A stretch of 64,000 nt of DNA. Origin: the human T2T-CHM13v2.0 reference genome, Homo sapiens. Under the pieces are notes generated by a model. It saw only the letters and a list, made by a program, of their open reading frames with translations, did not search any database and was not told the DNA's origin. Numbering within the stretch: the stretch's first letter is position 1; each line of letters starts with the position of its first letter. A program made the translations under genes and the position numbers. The DNA lies in NCBI RefSeq assembly GCF_009914755.1, contig NC_060937.1. The stretch is one strand, 5' to 3'. This document shows, piece after piece, positions 15,628 to 32,088 of this stretch.

Positions 15628-18600
15628 GTAGCAGTCTATTTTGCTGTTCCTGCAACTGTTCTTTTTCACTCCGCAGAGGATATGGGGTTGGTATTTCTGA
15701 GTGAATTCTTACAGTTTTCCAATCAAAGAGGCACGAATAGGTTATTCCCTCCCCAATCCAGTTTGACAGATCGTGGAAGAAGGCTGATGGGCCAGCTTGT
15801 TATATGTACTTTCCTGAAGCAATCACTATGGCCAGGGGACATGTAATACTGTAATTTTCCCAGAGAAAGACAGGAGCCTTTAAATACCCTTGTCTTGTGC
15901 CTAATTTTAAGGGAGATGCATCTGACCTATTGCCATTAAAATGATGGATTTTTAAAAAATCTAAAATGTTTTATTCAACATTGTATTCAAGGTCTTAGAG
16001 TAGTAAGAGAAGAAATATAAATAAAAGATATGTATTTTGGAGAGGTGAGGTGGCTTGTGCCTATAACCCCAGCTACTCAGGTGGCTGAGACAGGAGGATC
16101 GCTTGAGCCTAGGGGTTTGAGGCTACAGTGAGTTATGATCATGCCACTGCACTCCAGCCTGGGAGACAGAGTAGACTGTCAAAAAAAAAAAAGGAAAGAA
16201 AAGAAAAGTAAAGGTTACTGGTGGAAAGTAATAAATAAATCTAAATTTTATGACACTTGATGTTATCATTTACACAGAAAACTCAAGGGATCTATGGAAA
16301 TATTATTAAAATAATAATTTTGTAAGGTGCCTATGTGTAAGATTAATATGTAAAAAGCAACTAAATCGCAAAGTAAAGAGATGAATAAAAACAAAACACA
16401 ACATACCAATACTAAGGGGGTGTAGCCAAAGCAGTGCTAAGTAGAAAATTTATAGCTTTTAAAAACTTCTATTTAAAAAGGAGAAATATTTCAAATTAAT
16501 GATGTAAACTTCCACCATAAGAAGAAACTATGAATAAAGAACAAACTAAACCTAAAGCAAGCAGAGGAAGAAAATAATGAAGTTTAAGGTGAAAATTAAT
16601 AAAATAAACAAATAGTAGAGAAAATCAATGAAACCAAAAGTTGGTGTTCAGTAACAATCAACAAAATGGACAAACCTTTAGCTACACTGAGCAAGAAAAA
16701 AAGAAAGAAGACTCAAATTACTACATGGCCTAGTGAGATTTATTCCAGGAATACAAGGCTTTTTCAAGATACAAAACCAATCAATATAATACATCATGTT
16801 AACAAAATAAAGGACAGAAACCACAGGATAATCATTTCAATCAATGCAGAAAAAGTATTTGACAAAATCTATCACCTGTTCATGACTGAACAAACTCAGG
16901 CTAGAAGGAAACTTCATGAATCTGATAAGGGGCATCTATGAGAAGCTCACAGCCAACACCATATTTAATGGTGAAAGACTGAAGGCTTTCCTCTTAAGAT
17001 CAGCAAAAACTTAAGATGTCTATTTTTGCCACTTTCATTCAACATTGTACTGAAAATTCTAGCCAGGACAATTGGAGGAAGAAACAAGAATTGGAAAAGG
17101 GAAAGATTGAAAATGAAGAAATAAACTATCTTTCTTTGCAGGTGACATAATCTTATGTATGGAAAATCTGAGGATCCTCATCCACACAAAACTATAGAAC
17201 TCATAAACAAGTTCAGCAAGATTGCAGGATACAAGATCAATATACACAAATTGATTGCATTTCTAAACAATAGCAAGAAATAATTTGAAATTAAGAAAAT
17301 TTAATTTATAAATTGATAAAAAATTACAATTTATAAAATTATGGCATCAAAATGAAGAAAGTACTTAGGAATGAATTTAACCAAGGAGGAACAAGATTTG
17401 TACACTGGAAATTACACAATATCTTTGAAAGAGTTAAAGAACACCTAAATAAATAAAAATACATACCATGTTCATGGGTGGGACGGCTTAATCTTGTTAA
17501 GATGGCCATAGTTTCCAAATTAATCTGTAGATTTAATGCAATTCTTATGAAAATCCCAACAGAGCTTTTTCCCCCCAGAAACTGACATACTAATTCTAAA
17601 ATTTACATGGAAATGCAAGGAGCCCAGAATAGCCAAAGCAGTCTTGAAAAGAAGAACAAAGTTGGAGCACTCACACTTTCTCATTTCAAAACTTACTATG
17701 AAACCCTAGTAAGAAAGACTGTTTGTTACTGGCATAGGATAGACATATATCAATGGCATAGAATTGAAAGCCAGAAGTAAACCCATCCATTTATGGGTAA
17801 TTGATTTTCAACAAAGGAACCAAGGCATTTTAACAGGAAAAGAATAATTTTATCAACAAATCGTGCTGGGACTACTGGGTATCCACTTGCAAAAGAATAA
17901 AGTTGTATTCCTACCTCATATCATACAAAAATTAACTCAAAAAAGATCACAGACCTAAAGTTAAGAGCTAAAACTGTTCAACTCTTAGAAGAAAACATAG
18001 ATGTGACTCTTTGTAACCTTGGATTAAGCAATGGTTTCTTAGATAATGACAATGAAAGTATAAGCAACCAAAGAAAAAGCAGATATATAGAACTTCATTA
18101 CAATAAAAAATTTTGTGCTTCACTATCAAGAAAGGAAAAATGCAACCCATAGAACAGGGGAAGAATATTTTCAAATCATATATCTGAAAAAGGACTTGTA
18201 TTCAGAACATTTAAAGGGCTCTTACAACTCAACAATAAAATTTTTTAAATGGGTAAAGGATTTGAACACGCATTTCTCTGAAAAAGATATAGAAATGGCC
18301 AATAAGCACATGAAAAGATGCTCAACATCATTAGTCATTAGAGTTAGGCACATCAAAATCACAATGAGATATCACTTCACACCCACCAGGATGGCTGTAA
18401 TAAAAAAAATAATGAATGTTGACAAGGATATGGAAAATTGGAACCCTCATACATTGCTAGTGGGAATGTAAAACGGTGCAGCTGCTTTGTAAAACAGTTT
18501 GACAGTTCCTTAACAAGTTAAACATAGAGTTACCATATGACCTAGCAACTCTGCTCCTATGTATACACCCAAGAAAAGTGAAAACATATGTCCACACAAA

Positions 18601-18726
18601 AACTTGTACACCAGTGTTCACAGCAGCATTATTCATATAAGCAAAAGGTGAAAACAACCTAAATGTTCAGCAGCTGATGAATGGATAAAGAAAATGTGGG
18701 ATATCCATACAATGTTATTCAACCAT

Positions 18727-19625
<899 letters not shown>

Positions 19626-19654
19626 GCCATAAAAAGGAATAAAGTTCTACATCA

Positions 19655-19894
<240 letters not shown>

Positions 19895-20091
19895 TTATAT
19901 GAAATATCCAGAATAGGTAAATCCATAGAAATAGAAAGTAAATTAGTTGTTGCTACGGGAAAAGGGTTTTGGGTGATAAAAAAAAGTTCTGGGGTTAGAT
20001 AGTGGTGATGGTACATAATTTTTGGAATATACTGAAAATCACTGAATTGTACACTTTAAAATGGTGGCTTCTAGATCTGTGGATTATCTCA

Positions 20092-20440
<349 letters not shown>

Positions 20441-21319
20441 CTACCCAACAGTAAAATGGGCAAAGGTCATGCACAAATATATTTCAGAAGAGAAAAAGTA
20501 AACGGAGAACAAACTTGTGGCACGATGATAATCTCGTTAGCAAGCAGATAACTGTAAATTAATACTGCAATGCTATTCCATCCTGACAGGTCTCTTGTGA
20601 ACTGCTGGGAAGAATGTAAAATGATACAGACACTTGGGAAACAACTTGGAGTTCCAGCAATTCGTTTCCGAGCTACATGCCCTTGAGTTGCTCTTGCTTT
20701 TGCCAAAAGGGATCTGGAAGAATGTTCACAGCAGTACTCAGAACACACAAAAACTAGAAACAAATGAAATGCCCATCAATAGGATAAATAAATCATGGTG
20801 TGATCACACAATGGAATATTCTAAAATAGTGAAAATCGATGCCTGTCAGCAATATGCAAAAGCAAGGACGAATCTTAGAAACAACACTGAATCAAAAAAG
20901 TCTCAGAAGAGCCAGCATGTAATATTTTATAAATCTCAAAATCAAGCAAAATTCTACCTCATATTATAAAACTGTACATTTAAAAAGCAAGGGATAATAA
21001 ACAGAAAATTTAGACTTGTGTAACCCCCAGGGTTGGGGATAAGGCAGGAGAAATGGGTGCAGGAAAGGACGCTCAGCTGGTGTTAGTGACTCTGGTGACA
21101 CTTTTGTTCTCAGGCTGGGTGGTGGGTTCATGGTGTTCATTTTATTATTATTGCTCATGTTATCATATGCATTATTTTGTATATATTAAATGTTACATTT
21201 TTTTTAATTTAAAGATAGTTTTTATAAAAACAAGCAATGGGCAAAGAGGATTTTTTTTTAAAAAACCTTAGTGTTTATAGAGGAAAATGGAATCTTTCAA
21301 AGTCTTCAACAGACAACAG

Positions 21320-21470
21320 GCCAAGTGGGGGTGCCTCACGTCTGTAAAATCCCAACATTTTGGGAGGCCAGGCAAGAGGATCACTTGAGTCCAGAAGTTC
21401 GAGACCAGCCTGGGCAACATAGCAAGACACTGGACTCTATAAAAAATATAAAATATAAAATATAAAAAGA
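21320..21470 (+). mobile_element. Alu monomer (FLAM-like)
   Basis: Left monomer with an A-rich tail. Confidence 0.8.
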
Positions 21471-24400
21471 AACAATGGAACCATCTGTGTGTCTTTCAGC
21501 TGAACTGTGTGCCACGAATCAGACTGCTGATTTATCTAGAGGGCCTGGTGTGATTCATGTGAAAATGCCATTCAGCCACTCAACAAACCTTCCCTAAGAA
21601 AGGTGCGTGCTGGGCCCATCGGTCCTCTGGAGGAAGCCAAGATGGGTGGATATAGCTCTGCCTGCTGGAGCTTCTTAGGTCATAGAGGACATTGTTATAC
21701 TAAGAAAATATTCAAGGGAGACAAAAATGATCTTTTTGGGATGCAATCATGTCTTATACCCCTTGCTTACTAGCATTGAAGGACTTCCTCTTAGCCCGGG
21801 AATGAAACTCAGCTGCGACGCATGCAAGGACTTCCTTTATCTGGCCCTGACACCCCTACAGCCCTCAGTGCCTTGAGTCTCTCACCCTTGGTTCTCCATG
21901 TGACACTCATACTGAAGTTCTTTGGGCCCCTGGAATGTCCCTGAGCTTTCTTCCCTCTGTGCTTTTGCACACTCAGTTCCCTCAGTCTGGAATGTCTATC
22001 ACCATCTGCCCTACACATGGCCAAGCCCCACTGACCTATTCTGTTTTTTTTTTTTTTTCAAAGAAGCATTCCATGAACCCTGGACCAAAATAAGTCCCCT
22101 GGCTGCACACATCTACAGCGCCCCAACCCCTGTCACCTCCAGGGTTACTGTGTCAGACTCATTCACTATGGTAACCCCAGCAGCGCCCCAGAGCATAGCA
22201 GAGGTGGAATCAGTATTTGCTGGATTTAATTTTATGTATGTCTTAAGAGTTCTATGCAAACTATAGAAGAGGAAGAGATAACTTGTATTTGGAGGGAAGA
22301 GGTGGGCTTGAGGAGGAAGTGGCATGGCACGAGGCTGGGTCTATGACATGCATCACTGTCAATCACTGGGGTGCTTTTCCTGTATTTGAGGTTGTCCTCA
22401 AGCTGTTGGCTGTGTCTCCCTGTGGTTGCAGCAGCAGTGCTGGGTAGAAATGATCTCTTCCTCCACCTAGTCCCAGCTTATTCCTTCCCATGAGGCTGGA
22501 GCGTGTGCTGTGTCCTTTCCTGGTTCTAGCATGGGCCATTCCCAAAGCTGCCTTCCAGTCTGGAAGAAGCTCTGCATCAACTCGAATGGGCTGTTCACCA
22601 CCATGTGTTCAAATTGCAGTGCTCTGTTGACTCCAGCTCCAGGGTTACAGCTTCCTTTGCTATCCCAGGCAGGACTGCCAAATCCACAATGCTGAGCCCC
22701 AGGGGATAAAAGCCACATGGTGCAGAAATCTGTGTGGCCAGTGAAGAAAGTGGGCCTGTGTGTGTGGAATATGAACAAACTAGCTCAGAATCTGCAGAAC
22801 TTAGAGGAAGCTCAGTTGTGGCAGTGCCTTGGTCATAGGTTGAGACTGTGAGATGGAGATTAACAGGCAAGGCCTGCTCTTGGGATCAACACTTGGTCCC
22901 CTTCCTTGAGGCCCTGGGGGAGGTCAGGCAGCCCCATCCTGGCACCCACAGACCACCTCTGCTGAATGGGCCTCCCTGTCAACATCCCTAGACCTTCTAC
23001 CTGCTTCCTTGAGAGCATAACCTTCTTCCCCAAGTGTGTTATTTTTATTTTTGTAATCTCCTTAAATGTTATACAAAATTAGTTTACACACAAAGAAAAA
23101 CAAAAAAAAAATTTTAAATGATGCAATTTCAAGAAGTGTGGGATGGCTAGAAACCCGAGGAGATGTCTCCAGGAAGACAATGGGGTCTCCAAATGGGCCA
23201 CCTGTACCCTTGACAGAACCAGGGACACAGAGGGGGAGCCTGGCCTTGGGAGGAAGGTGACGGATGCTTTGGGTCAGTCAGAAGAGTTGGCGATCCGTGG
23301 GAGCTCAGCACAGAACTGCTGCTCTGGTTACAGGCCAGGCGAGTGGGAAGCAACAGAACAACACCCAGCTTCTTTCCTGAGTGCCACTGACAGAGGAGGG
23401 TACCCTCCACCAGGGAGAATGCCTCATGCCAGGCAGCAGGAAGGCAGGGCTGCGACTGCTAGGAGAGCCCATCAACCTTCATGCCAACAAGGCCCCAAGG
23501 CTTCCAGCTAGATCATCCCAAACCCGACTTCTTAGATGTATTTTGAGTTTTGAAACCTGAACGTTAGAAAAGGGATTGAAAATGGAATAGGATGTTTTAT
23601 GACATTAAAAATGTAAACATTCATTAAAGCATAATGCACATAAATAAAAGTGCACAGATCATAAATGTGCATCACAAAGTGAATACAGCCATGCAGCCGC
23701 CACCTGGGCCAAGAAACAGAATCTCTGCAGACCCCCAGAAGCCTGATCTCTCATCCCCCCTTCCAATCTTTAAAGTTTTAGAACATGTCTGTTGTAAACA
23801 ATAATAATAAAAAAAGTAAAACAGTTCCTACACACGGGCCACCTGTCCATTCATGCACCCAGGTACCACCAAGACGCACATTCTCTCAGCAGTCCCTCAG
23901 GTCTTTGAGACCATTTCATCCCAGATGCAGCGCCGTGCTTAAGAGGCATTACATCCGAGCATTAGAGAGTGCCAGAGCTGCGCGGTACTCGGAGAGCCTC
24001 CTGTTCAACTCCCTCATGTTTCAAATGCAGAAACTATTATGGAGATTAGTATTGATTTGATGATGATGAGGCTTCTCATGCATCTGTTTCAAGACTGGCC
24101 CCCACCACCGCCGCTGAAAGTAAGCAAAGTCTATGAGAGAAAACTCCGAGTTTTAATACACTTTGTTATTCACCACTTCTCTTTTCTTAATTCCTTGTTA
24201 GCTGTGGAGCTGGGGTCTGTTATGGTGTCTTTTAGTCATTCCAGGCAGAGCAAGTCACAGCAAAGGTTGTGGCCTGATAACTGTCTGTGTTGTTGGGTTA
24301 AGAATCCCATGTGGGTCATGGATTATCTGCTGGAAACTTCAGAATCTCCTTTCAGTGAGATCCTTGTAAATCCATCCTGCTCTGTGGCTGACAGGGGTTA

Positions 24401-25439
24401 GTGAGGCATTTTTTCTTGTCTCTGGTACTCCATGCAAATGCTCACTGCTCTCTTGATTTTGTAACAGGAGCTCCAAGCTCCTGTCTGGCTCAAGTTTCCA
24501 GGGATGATCCCTGAAGCAGGAGCCCATTCTCTAACTGCAGGTGGGCATCCTCACCCTGCACAGATGGGGGTGTCATGTGGAGATCGTGGGTATCCCCTCC
24601 TGGGCGCACTCCATCTCTTGAAGCCTCATGCCAAAACCCCTCCACTCCTGGGTACCATCTGTTTGCCTTCTATTTTTATTCCTTTGGTTTTTGTCTTCCT
24701 AATTGTCCCAACCTGACTAGCTCAAGGATGCTAGAACTACATTCTCACCATTGCCAGAAGAATAGACAAACAGAAGCCTGAGTTTTACCTAAAGGTAGAA
24801 TGACAGTCTCTACTTGTATATTTGTCTCTTTTTCTAGGATGGGTTAGACAGAGCCCCATTTGCTTCTGTGCCCCTGGCTCCTGATGGGCATGGGTCCTGA
24901 CACTCATTCATTGGGAGCTCTAAAGCTGTCGGCTTGGAGTTTGCCAGGTGCCATCATCTGACTCCTTGACAGGCTGCTGCAGGCTGCCTGGGTGCAGAGC
25001 AGTGCCCCTGGCCTTCCGCAGGATGCAGCTGTATCATTGCTGCAGGATTCTCTTCCACACAACATATGGGCAGAGAACAAGCACAGAGAACAATGAAAAT
25101 AACTCCTTACATCTATTTGCACACTTCTTTCTAGTTTACAAAGTATGTTCACATTCGTTATCTCCTTTGAGTTTATGTTTCCTCTGTCACTTTGTCAGGT
25201 TGGAAAGGCTATCATTATCCCTTGGTACAGAGGAAGACACTGAGGTTCAGAGGTGAGATGCTTTGCCCAAAGCCCACAGCTAATAGGAGTGAACCCAGAA
25301 TTGGATCAAGCTTTCTCTTGATTCCAATTCCGATGCTCTTCTTCCTTTCCCAGTGGGAAACCCACATTCCCTTAGGTCAGATCAGCCTCTCCCTTGGTGT
25401 TTAAGCCCAAATACTCTCATTTCCTCCTTCTCCAAGACA

Positions 25440-25820
25440 GGAAATCCTAGTGGGAGGTGTCTGGGTCATGGGGGTGAACCCCTCATGAATGGCTTTCTGT
25501 CATTCTGAAAGAAGTGAGTGAGTTTTGATCTCGTGAGACTGGGTTAGTTATCACAGGAATGGATTCGTTCTCACAAGAGTGTGTTGTTATAAAACCAGGA
25601 GGCCCCTTGGTTTTTCCTCTTTGCATTTATCATTTCTCCTTTGACCTTCTGCCATGTTGTGACACAGCATGAAAGCCCTCACCAGACACTGAGCAGATGC
25701 TGGTGCCCTGCTTCTTGAACTTTTCAGCCTGCAGAACCGTGAGCTAAATAAACCTCTTCTTTTTATAAATTACCCAGTCTCAGGTACTCTGTCATGGCAA
25801 CAGAAAATGGACAAAGACAG
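25440..25820 (+). mobile_element. MaLR LTR (MST-like), partial
   Basis: GGGAGGTGTCTGGGTCATGGGG...AATAAACCTC...ATAAATTACCCAGTCTCAGGTA...GGACAAAGACA. Confidence 0.85.
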
Positions 25821-26962
25821 TAGGAAACAGGGCTATTCAGGGTCAAATTTGCCTCCAAACACTCTCTTCTCAGATCTACCTCATGCTAGGTCCATCTGGA
25901 TGCCTTTCTCAGGGTTCCCTTCTGAGCAGCAGCAATACTTACAAGGCTACCTCTTAGGGCAGAATAGGGGATGGAGGCACCCAGATCATCTCGAAGTAGG
26001 TAATGAGGAATTGTGGCTGAGCTCCGTGAGCACACACCAATGCTGGGAGGATGCCACATGTGCCAACCTGGGAAAAAGCTGATGATGCTCAGGCTCAAAG
26101 AGGTTAAGTGACGTGTCCAAACTCACACAGGTAGCTTGTGGCATGGCCAGGATTCAAACCCGAGAGTGGCTGGATCTGAAATTCCACTCTACAGGCTATA
26201 GGCAGGAGTGCCAGGAGGTGAGGTGCCCAGCCCCAAAGGAACCAGGAATCAGGGCTCCAGGCCTGAGAAGAAGTGTCTTCTCTGAAGAAAGGGCATGCAT
26301 TTGGTCTCCTCTCCTTTTGTTTGTGGTCATCTTAAATGAGATTTCCTTCCCCCTTGGCCTCACCACCCACTTTCTTACACACTGGCCTCCTGTGTGGGAA
26401 GGTGGAGCTAGCATTAGATCTAGAGGCTGGAGCCTGGATCCTGGTTCTGGTTCAGCCCAGCTGGTTCAGCCCAGCTCCGGGGAAGTCATTTAACTTATCT
26501 GAAGTCTGGTTTCCTCACCTGAAAACCAGGGGGTTGAGCAGGTGATCCCCTGCTGAGATGTTCTCACCTGCAGCATTCCAGGACTCTGACATTTCCGTGA
26601 TCCACAACCCTCTCCTCTTCTCATACCCTCCACCTGCCTGCCTCTGCCACCCTTGTGGGGGTACAGATGACCTGGCACAAGGCACTGTCACTATCAGCCA
26701 AGGCCGGCTAAGGAAGGCAATGCCAGCCAGCTAGTGCCGAGACATCCCATTCTGAGGAATGCTGGCACAGTGAGGTGCTCTGTAGAATGCAGCTATTTTC
26801 TTCTTCCTAAAATGATCCCCAGTAGCTGTGCCTTGGGCTGCCAGAAGTGCTCTGCAGGAGATAACTTGGTCCTATATGCTCTTCACTCTTGTTTTGCATG
26901 ACTTTAAGCAGTAAGTGCCCCCCGACACTCCTTTTCTTCAATGTTCCCCACTAGAAACTCCC

Positions 26963-27404
26963 TGATATAGTTTGCATATTTGTCCCCTCCAAATCTCATG
27001 TTGAAATGTAATTCCCAATGTTGGAGGTGGGGCCTTGTGGGAGGTGTTTGGATCATGGGGGTGGCTCATGAGGAGGCCCTCATGAATGGCTTGGGCCATC
27101 CCCTTGGTGATAAGTAAGTCCTTGTTCGAGTTCACAAGAGATTTGACCATTTGGAAGTGTGTGGCAACTCCCGCCACTCTCCCACTCTGGTGCTTGCTCC
27201 TGCTTTTGCCCTGGGAAGTGCTTGCTCTTCCTTTGCCTTCTGCCATGATTGGAAGCTTCCTGAGGCCTCCCCAGAAGCCAGGCAGATGCCAGCACCATGC
27301 TTCCTGTAAAGCCTGCAGAACTGTGAGCCAATTAAACCTCTTTTCTTTATAAATTACCCAGTCTTAGGTATTTCTTTAGAGCAATGCGAGAACGGCCTAA
27401 TACA
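26963..27404 (+). mobile_element. MaLR solo LTR (MSTA-like)
   Basis: Starts TGATATAGTTTG, ends GGCCTAATACA; ~440 bp. Confidence 0.9.
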
Positions 27405-28879
27405 CCCCTCCACCCACCCAAAGGAGCCCTGCAGATGTGATGGAAAGGCATGGCCCTGACACCTTCTCCTTAGTCCTAAGTCACCAGCCAGAATCTCAGT
27501 GTTGGAGGTCACTTCCTCCAACCTCGCTCCCATGCAAGAAGAGTCTCTCCGGATGCCCACCTGGCTTCTCCATGGAGCCTTCTGGAGACACTGGCCTCGT
27601 GCCAGAGTGCCTGGAATTGTTGCGACCTGTCTTGGCATTGTGACCCCGTCTGCCTTCCCACAATTCTCAACACGAGCACCCACTCAGCCTTCTGCAGTGA
27701 TGCAGGAAGTGTCAGCTCTCTTCTGCAGGATGGCCTAGAAGCTTATGAAGACAGCCGATGTGTGCCTTGGGCCACTGCATGGTCAACGTCTACAGTTTCC
27801 TGTTACAGCTCAGATGATGAGGTTTCCACAGCTACCTTCGGGACATGATCCAGATTCCCACGTCCACCTCTAGGAGTGCCCAGAAGACCTGGATGTGTTA
27901 TACTGAGAACAGAGGACAGCGGGGGCCACCCTCCCTGCATGTAGACGCTGTGCTCCACTGGGTGAATGGAGCTGACTACTGCACCAGCAGCCAAGTTACA
28001 CACCAGTTCATGCTGAATTTGTGGCTGTCTAGAATTTCCAACTTTTCTCCATTTTGTTCATATGCAATTAATCATTTGAGCCTAAATGAGACACTTTACC
28101 TTTTAAAAGTTCACCCTTTCCGTTTCAGCATCATCTAAATTTTTAGTTTTTCTGCCTAGCTTTGTGACATTTTGAAGTAACAAGTCATATAGGACAACCC
28201 CCAGGACAGAGCTCTAATCCAAATTTTACATTACACACACTCTTAGTTGACTCTGAAGCGCTGGAAATTAGGTATTATTTCTCAACCACATCTTAATAGC
28301 TCTGAATGTAATAACATCTATTCCACATCTCAGAAGGTTTTTAGAAAATCTTTTTCGCCCCAGGTTTTCTAAAGGGGAGGAGCTGCTTGGCTGGCAGGCC
28401 ACACATCGGGCAAGTTACTTTTCCTTCATTTCTACATCTATAAAATGAAAATGAGAATACTTACTTTGCAGGGTTGTTTTTTGTGAGCATTAGATAAAAC
28501 AATTCGTTTCCATTTCCACGAGTAAGTTCCTTTTACACCTCCCTGGGGACTGTGGCCTGCATGCGAGCATACCCTGAACATTTCTTTCAGTTTACATTTG
28601 AGACACAACATACGTATTATAAAAATTCATGTTCATTCTGCAAAAATGATAAAATACGCTGAAATCAACCAAAATCACCCTAGTAATTAGATGTGACCAC
28701 TGTAAACACTTTGAAACATCCTTCCATTCCTTTTTAATGGATAATTGCACATACACTCACACACACAATCTTTAAAAATCATTTGTATAATCTGAACAGT
28801 TTGTATCCTGTTTTTGCCCTTAACATATTCATAAGCATATTTGCATGTCAATAAGTACATTTATAAAATATTTAATGTT

Positions 28880-31016
28880 TTCATTGTGGTAAAATATGCA
28901 TAACATATTTCATGCATAACATAACACCATTTTAACCATTCTAAAGCACACAGCTCAATGGCATTAGGTGCATTCTCATTGTTGTGAAACCATCACCATC
29001 ATCTCCAGAACTTTTGCATCTTCCCAAACTGAAACTCTGTGCCCATTAAACACTAACTCCCCACTCCCCACCCCTTTCTCCAGCCCCTGGCTGCCACCAT
29101 TCTACTGTCTATGAATTTGACTACTCTGGGTGCCTCATACGAGTGGAATCATAAAGTATTGTCCTTTGTAACTGACTTATTTCACTTAGTCCTCGCAGGA
29201 CATTTCACTAATGTCCTTGCAGTTCATCGATGTCACAGCATGTGTCAGAATTGCATTCCTTCTTAATACTGAATCACATTCATTGTATGTATAGACCACA
29301 TTTGGTTTACCCATTCATCCATCAATGGACACTTGGGTTGTTTTCACCTTTTAGCTGTTGTGAATAATGCTGCTGTAAACACGGGTGTGCAAATATCTGT
29401 TTAAGTCCCTGCTTTCAGTGTTTATCAATATAGACCCAGAAGTGAAACTGCTGGATAATTGGACAATTCTATCTTCAATTTTTTGAGGAACAACAATACC
29501 ATTTTCCATGCTGGCTGTACAATTTTACATTTCCTCCAGCAATGCACAAGGGATCTGATTTCTCCACACTTGTTATTTTCTGTTGTTGCTGGGGTTTTTT
29601 GTTTTGTTTTGTTTTGTTTTGTTTTGATGGAGTTTTGCTCTTGTTGCCCAGGCTGGAGTGCAGTGGCACAATCTGTACTCACTGCAACCTCCGCCTCCCA
29701 GGTTCAAGGGTCCTCATGCCTCAGCCTCCCAAGTAGCTGGGATTATAGGAGCGCGCCCTCATGCCTGCCTAATTTTTGTGTTTTTGGTAGAGACAGCGTT
29801 TCACCATGTTGGCCAGGCTATTCTCGACCTCCTGACTCAAGTGATTCACTTGCCTCGGCCTCCCAAAGTTCTGGGATTACGGGTGTGAGCCACTGCACCT
29901 GGCCTGTTGTTTTCTTTTTAATGGTAGCCATCCTCATGGTGTGAAGTGGTATCTCATGGTTTTTATTTACATTTCCCTAATGATTAGTGGTGTTAAGCAT
30001 CTTATCATGTGCTTATTGGCCATCTGTATATCCTCTTTAAGGAAATGTCTATTCACCTCCTTTGCCCATTTTTTTCATTGGGTTTTTGTTTGCTGTTGTT
30101 ATTGTTGCATTATAGAGCTTCTTTGTATATGCTGGATATTAATCTCTTATCAGATATATGATTTGCATATATTTTCTCCCATTCTGTGAGTGTCCTTTGA
30201 TATACAATTTGTTAATTTTAGTGAAATCCAATTTATCTTTTCATCATTGTTGCCTGTTCTTTCGATGTCATATCCAATAAATCTTTGCCAGAAAACTTTT
30301 TGCCTGGTTTCCTATAAGAGTTTTATAGTTTAGTTGTTACATTTAGATTTTTGAGTTAACTTTTTAAAAACTATGGTGTTAGGTAAGGGTCCAGCTTCAT
30401 TCTTTTGCATGTGGACATCCAGTTTTCCCAGCATTTGTTGAAAAGACTGTCTTTGCCCCACTGAATGGTCTTGGCCCCTTTGTTGAAAATCATCTCACCA
30501 TATATGCAAGGGTTTATTTCTGGCCCCCTATTCTCTTCCATTGGTCTATATGTCTATCTTCATGTCAGTACCACAGCTTTGATGACTAGCTATGTAGCAA
30601 GTTTGAAATCAGGAAGAATGAGACCCTCAGCTTTGTTCTGGGCCCCTTTAAATTCCATATGAATTTTAGGATGGATATTTCTATTTCTGCAGAAAACATG
30701 GTTGGGATTGTGATATTGTACTGAGTCTGTCTTGGGTAGTATTAATCTTAACAATACGAAGTCTTTCAATCTATGAACAGAAAATGTCTTTCCGTTTATT
30801 TATGTCTTTTTTAAGTTCCTTCAGCAATATTCTGTAGTTTTCAGTGTACATGTCTTTCATCTCTTTGTTCAAGTTTATTCCTAAATATTTTATTCTTTAT
30901 AATGCTATTGTAAATGAAATTATTTTAACTTCCTTTTGGGATTGTTCATTGTTAGTGTTTAGAAATGCAACTAGTTTTTGTGTGCTGATTTTGTATCCTG
31001 TAACTTTGCTGAATTC
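28880..31016 (-). mobile_element. L1MB-like 3' portion with a nested Alu
   Basis: Continuous antisense L1M motifs up to TTTGTATCCTGTAACTTTGCTGAATTCA. Confidence 0.88.
29595..29904 (-). mobile_element. Alu (AluS-like) with a (TTTTG)n tail
   Basis: Antisense dimer. Confidence 0.92.
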
Positions 31017-32069
31017 AACATAATTTTAATTGCTTTTTAGGTTTTATTCTTATAAATTGAAATGGGGACCCCAGCCAGAGAACACTCTGGACCACACAAT
31101 CTTTTGTCCTCAACCTCCATATCCCAGTCTCCCCATAGTCCAAAGATTCCCTTACCCTGCACTGCCAGAGGGTTAAAGGGTCAGTTCTAGGCAGCTCCTT
31201 TGTCAGGATTGCTGGCCTCCAAAGCCCCACCTCGCTAATTCTGTTTCTTCATTGTCAAATAAGGAGGTCCATCTCTGTCCTCTCAGGTCTTCTGCAGCAC
31301 TGGATACCATGTGTTAGCTCACGTACCTGAGTTCAGTTTTCATGAGAGTTCATGATGACTGAGGTATGGTTAATCATTTGTTAAATAGTTAGATTTTTAT
31401 TCCAGAGAAACACCTACTCTACAGAGCGCATATGAAACAGGTTTGCATTGCATGAATTATTTTCCCATTTGAAACCCAGAATCTCACTCAAATGGCTTTC
31501 CAACCCATATTGTACTGAAGTATCCTGTTCGTTCCATTAACTATTCACAGAGTCAACTGGGGAACCGTTGTTATTAATTTCAATGGAAGGCTAAAATGCA
31601 GTTCATTTTCTGTAATTGCAGGCCCACGGTCTAAAGAGCCAGCAAAAGCTTTTAATCTGAGGCTTTTTTAGAGGAGTATGATCATTATTACATTGAACAT
31701 CTTTTGAAGGTGCGTAATTATCAAAACCTCAATAACATTGACATTCAAAGAGCCCTATACCATAGAAGCGAAACTCACATGCAGGGAGCAGGACAAATTG
31801 CGGTCTGAGTTACCCAGGGATAGAGAAATGGCCACGGGGAAGGTCGACAATGTTTGCACATCTTGCTTTGCTATTTTATTCCAACTGTGAGGCTCTTCAT
31901 GCCACATGGGAAGGGGACAGACGCACTCCCTTCATATATGTAAGTTGTTTGTGGCCTCAGATATCCAACCCTTCCTGCTGCAGCTTCCCTGACCTCCTGC
32001 ACCGGGAGCCACCGGCTGCAAACAGGCTGCAAACACCGGGGAGCTGCAAGCGAGGGTGGCCAGTCCATC

Positions 32070-32088
32070 GAGCCAGCAGAGGGCGCTG
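32070..32088 (+). promoter_or_regulatory. Candidate CTCF binding site
   Basis: GAGCCAGCAGAGGGCGCTG is a close match to the CTCF core CCASYAGRKGGCRS and lies in a locally CpG-retaining patch (~31990-32230). Confidence 0.6.

Noticed and set aside
16666-18471. ORFs resembling reverse transcriptase / L1 ORF2
   Set aside because: They are fragments of a dead L1M with many stops and frameshifts.
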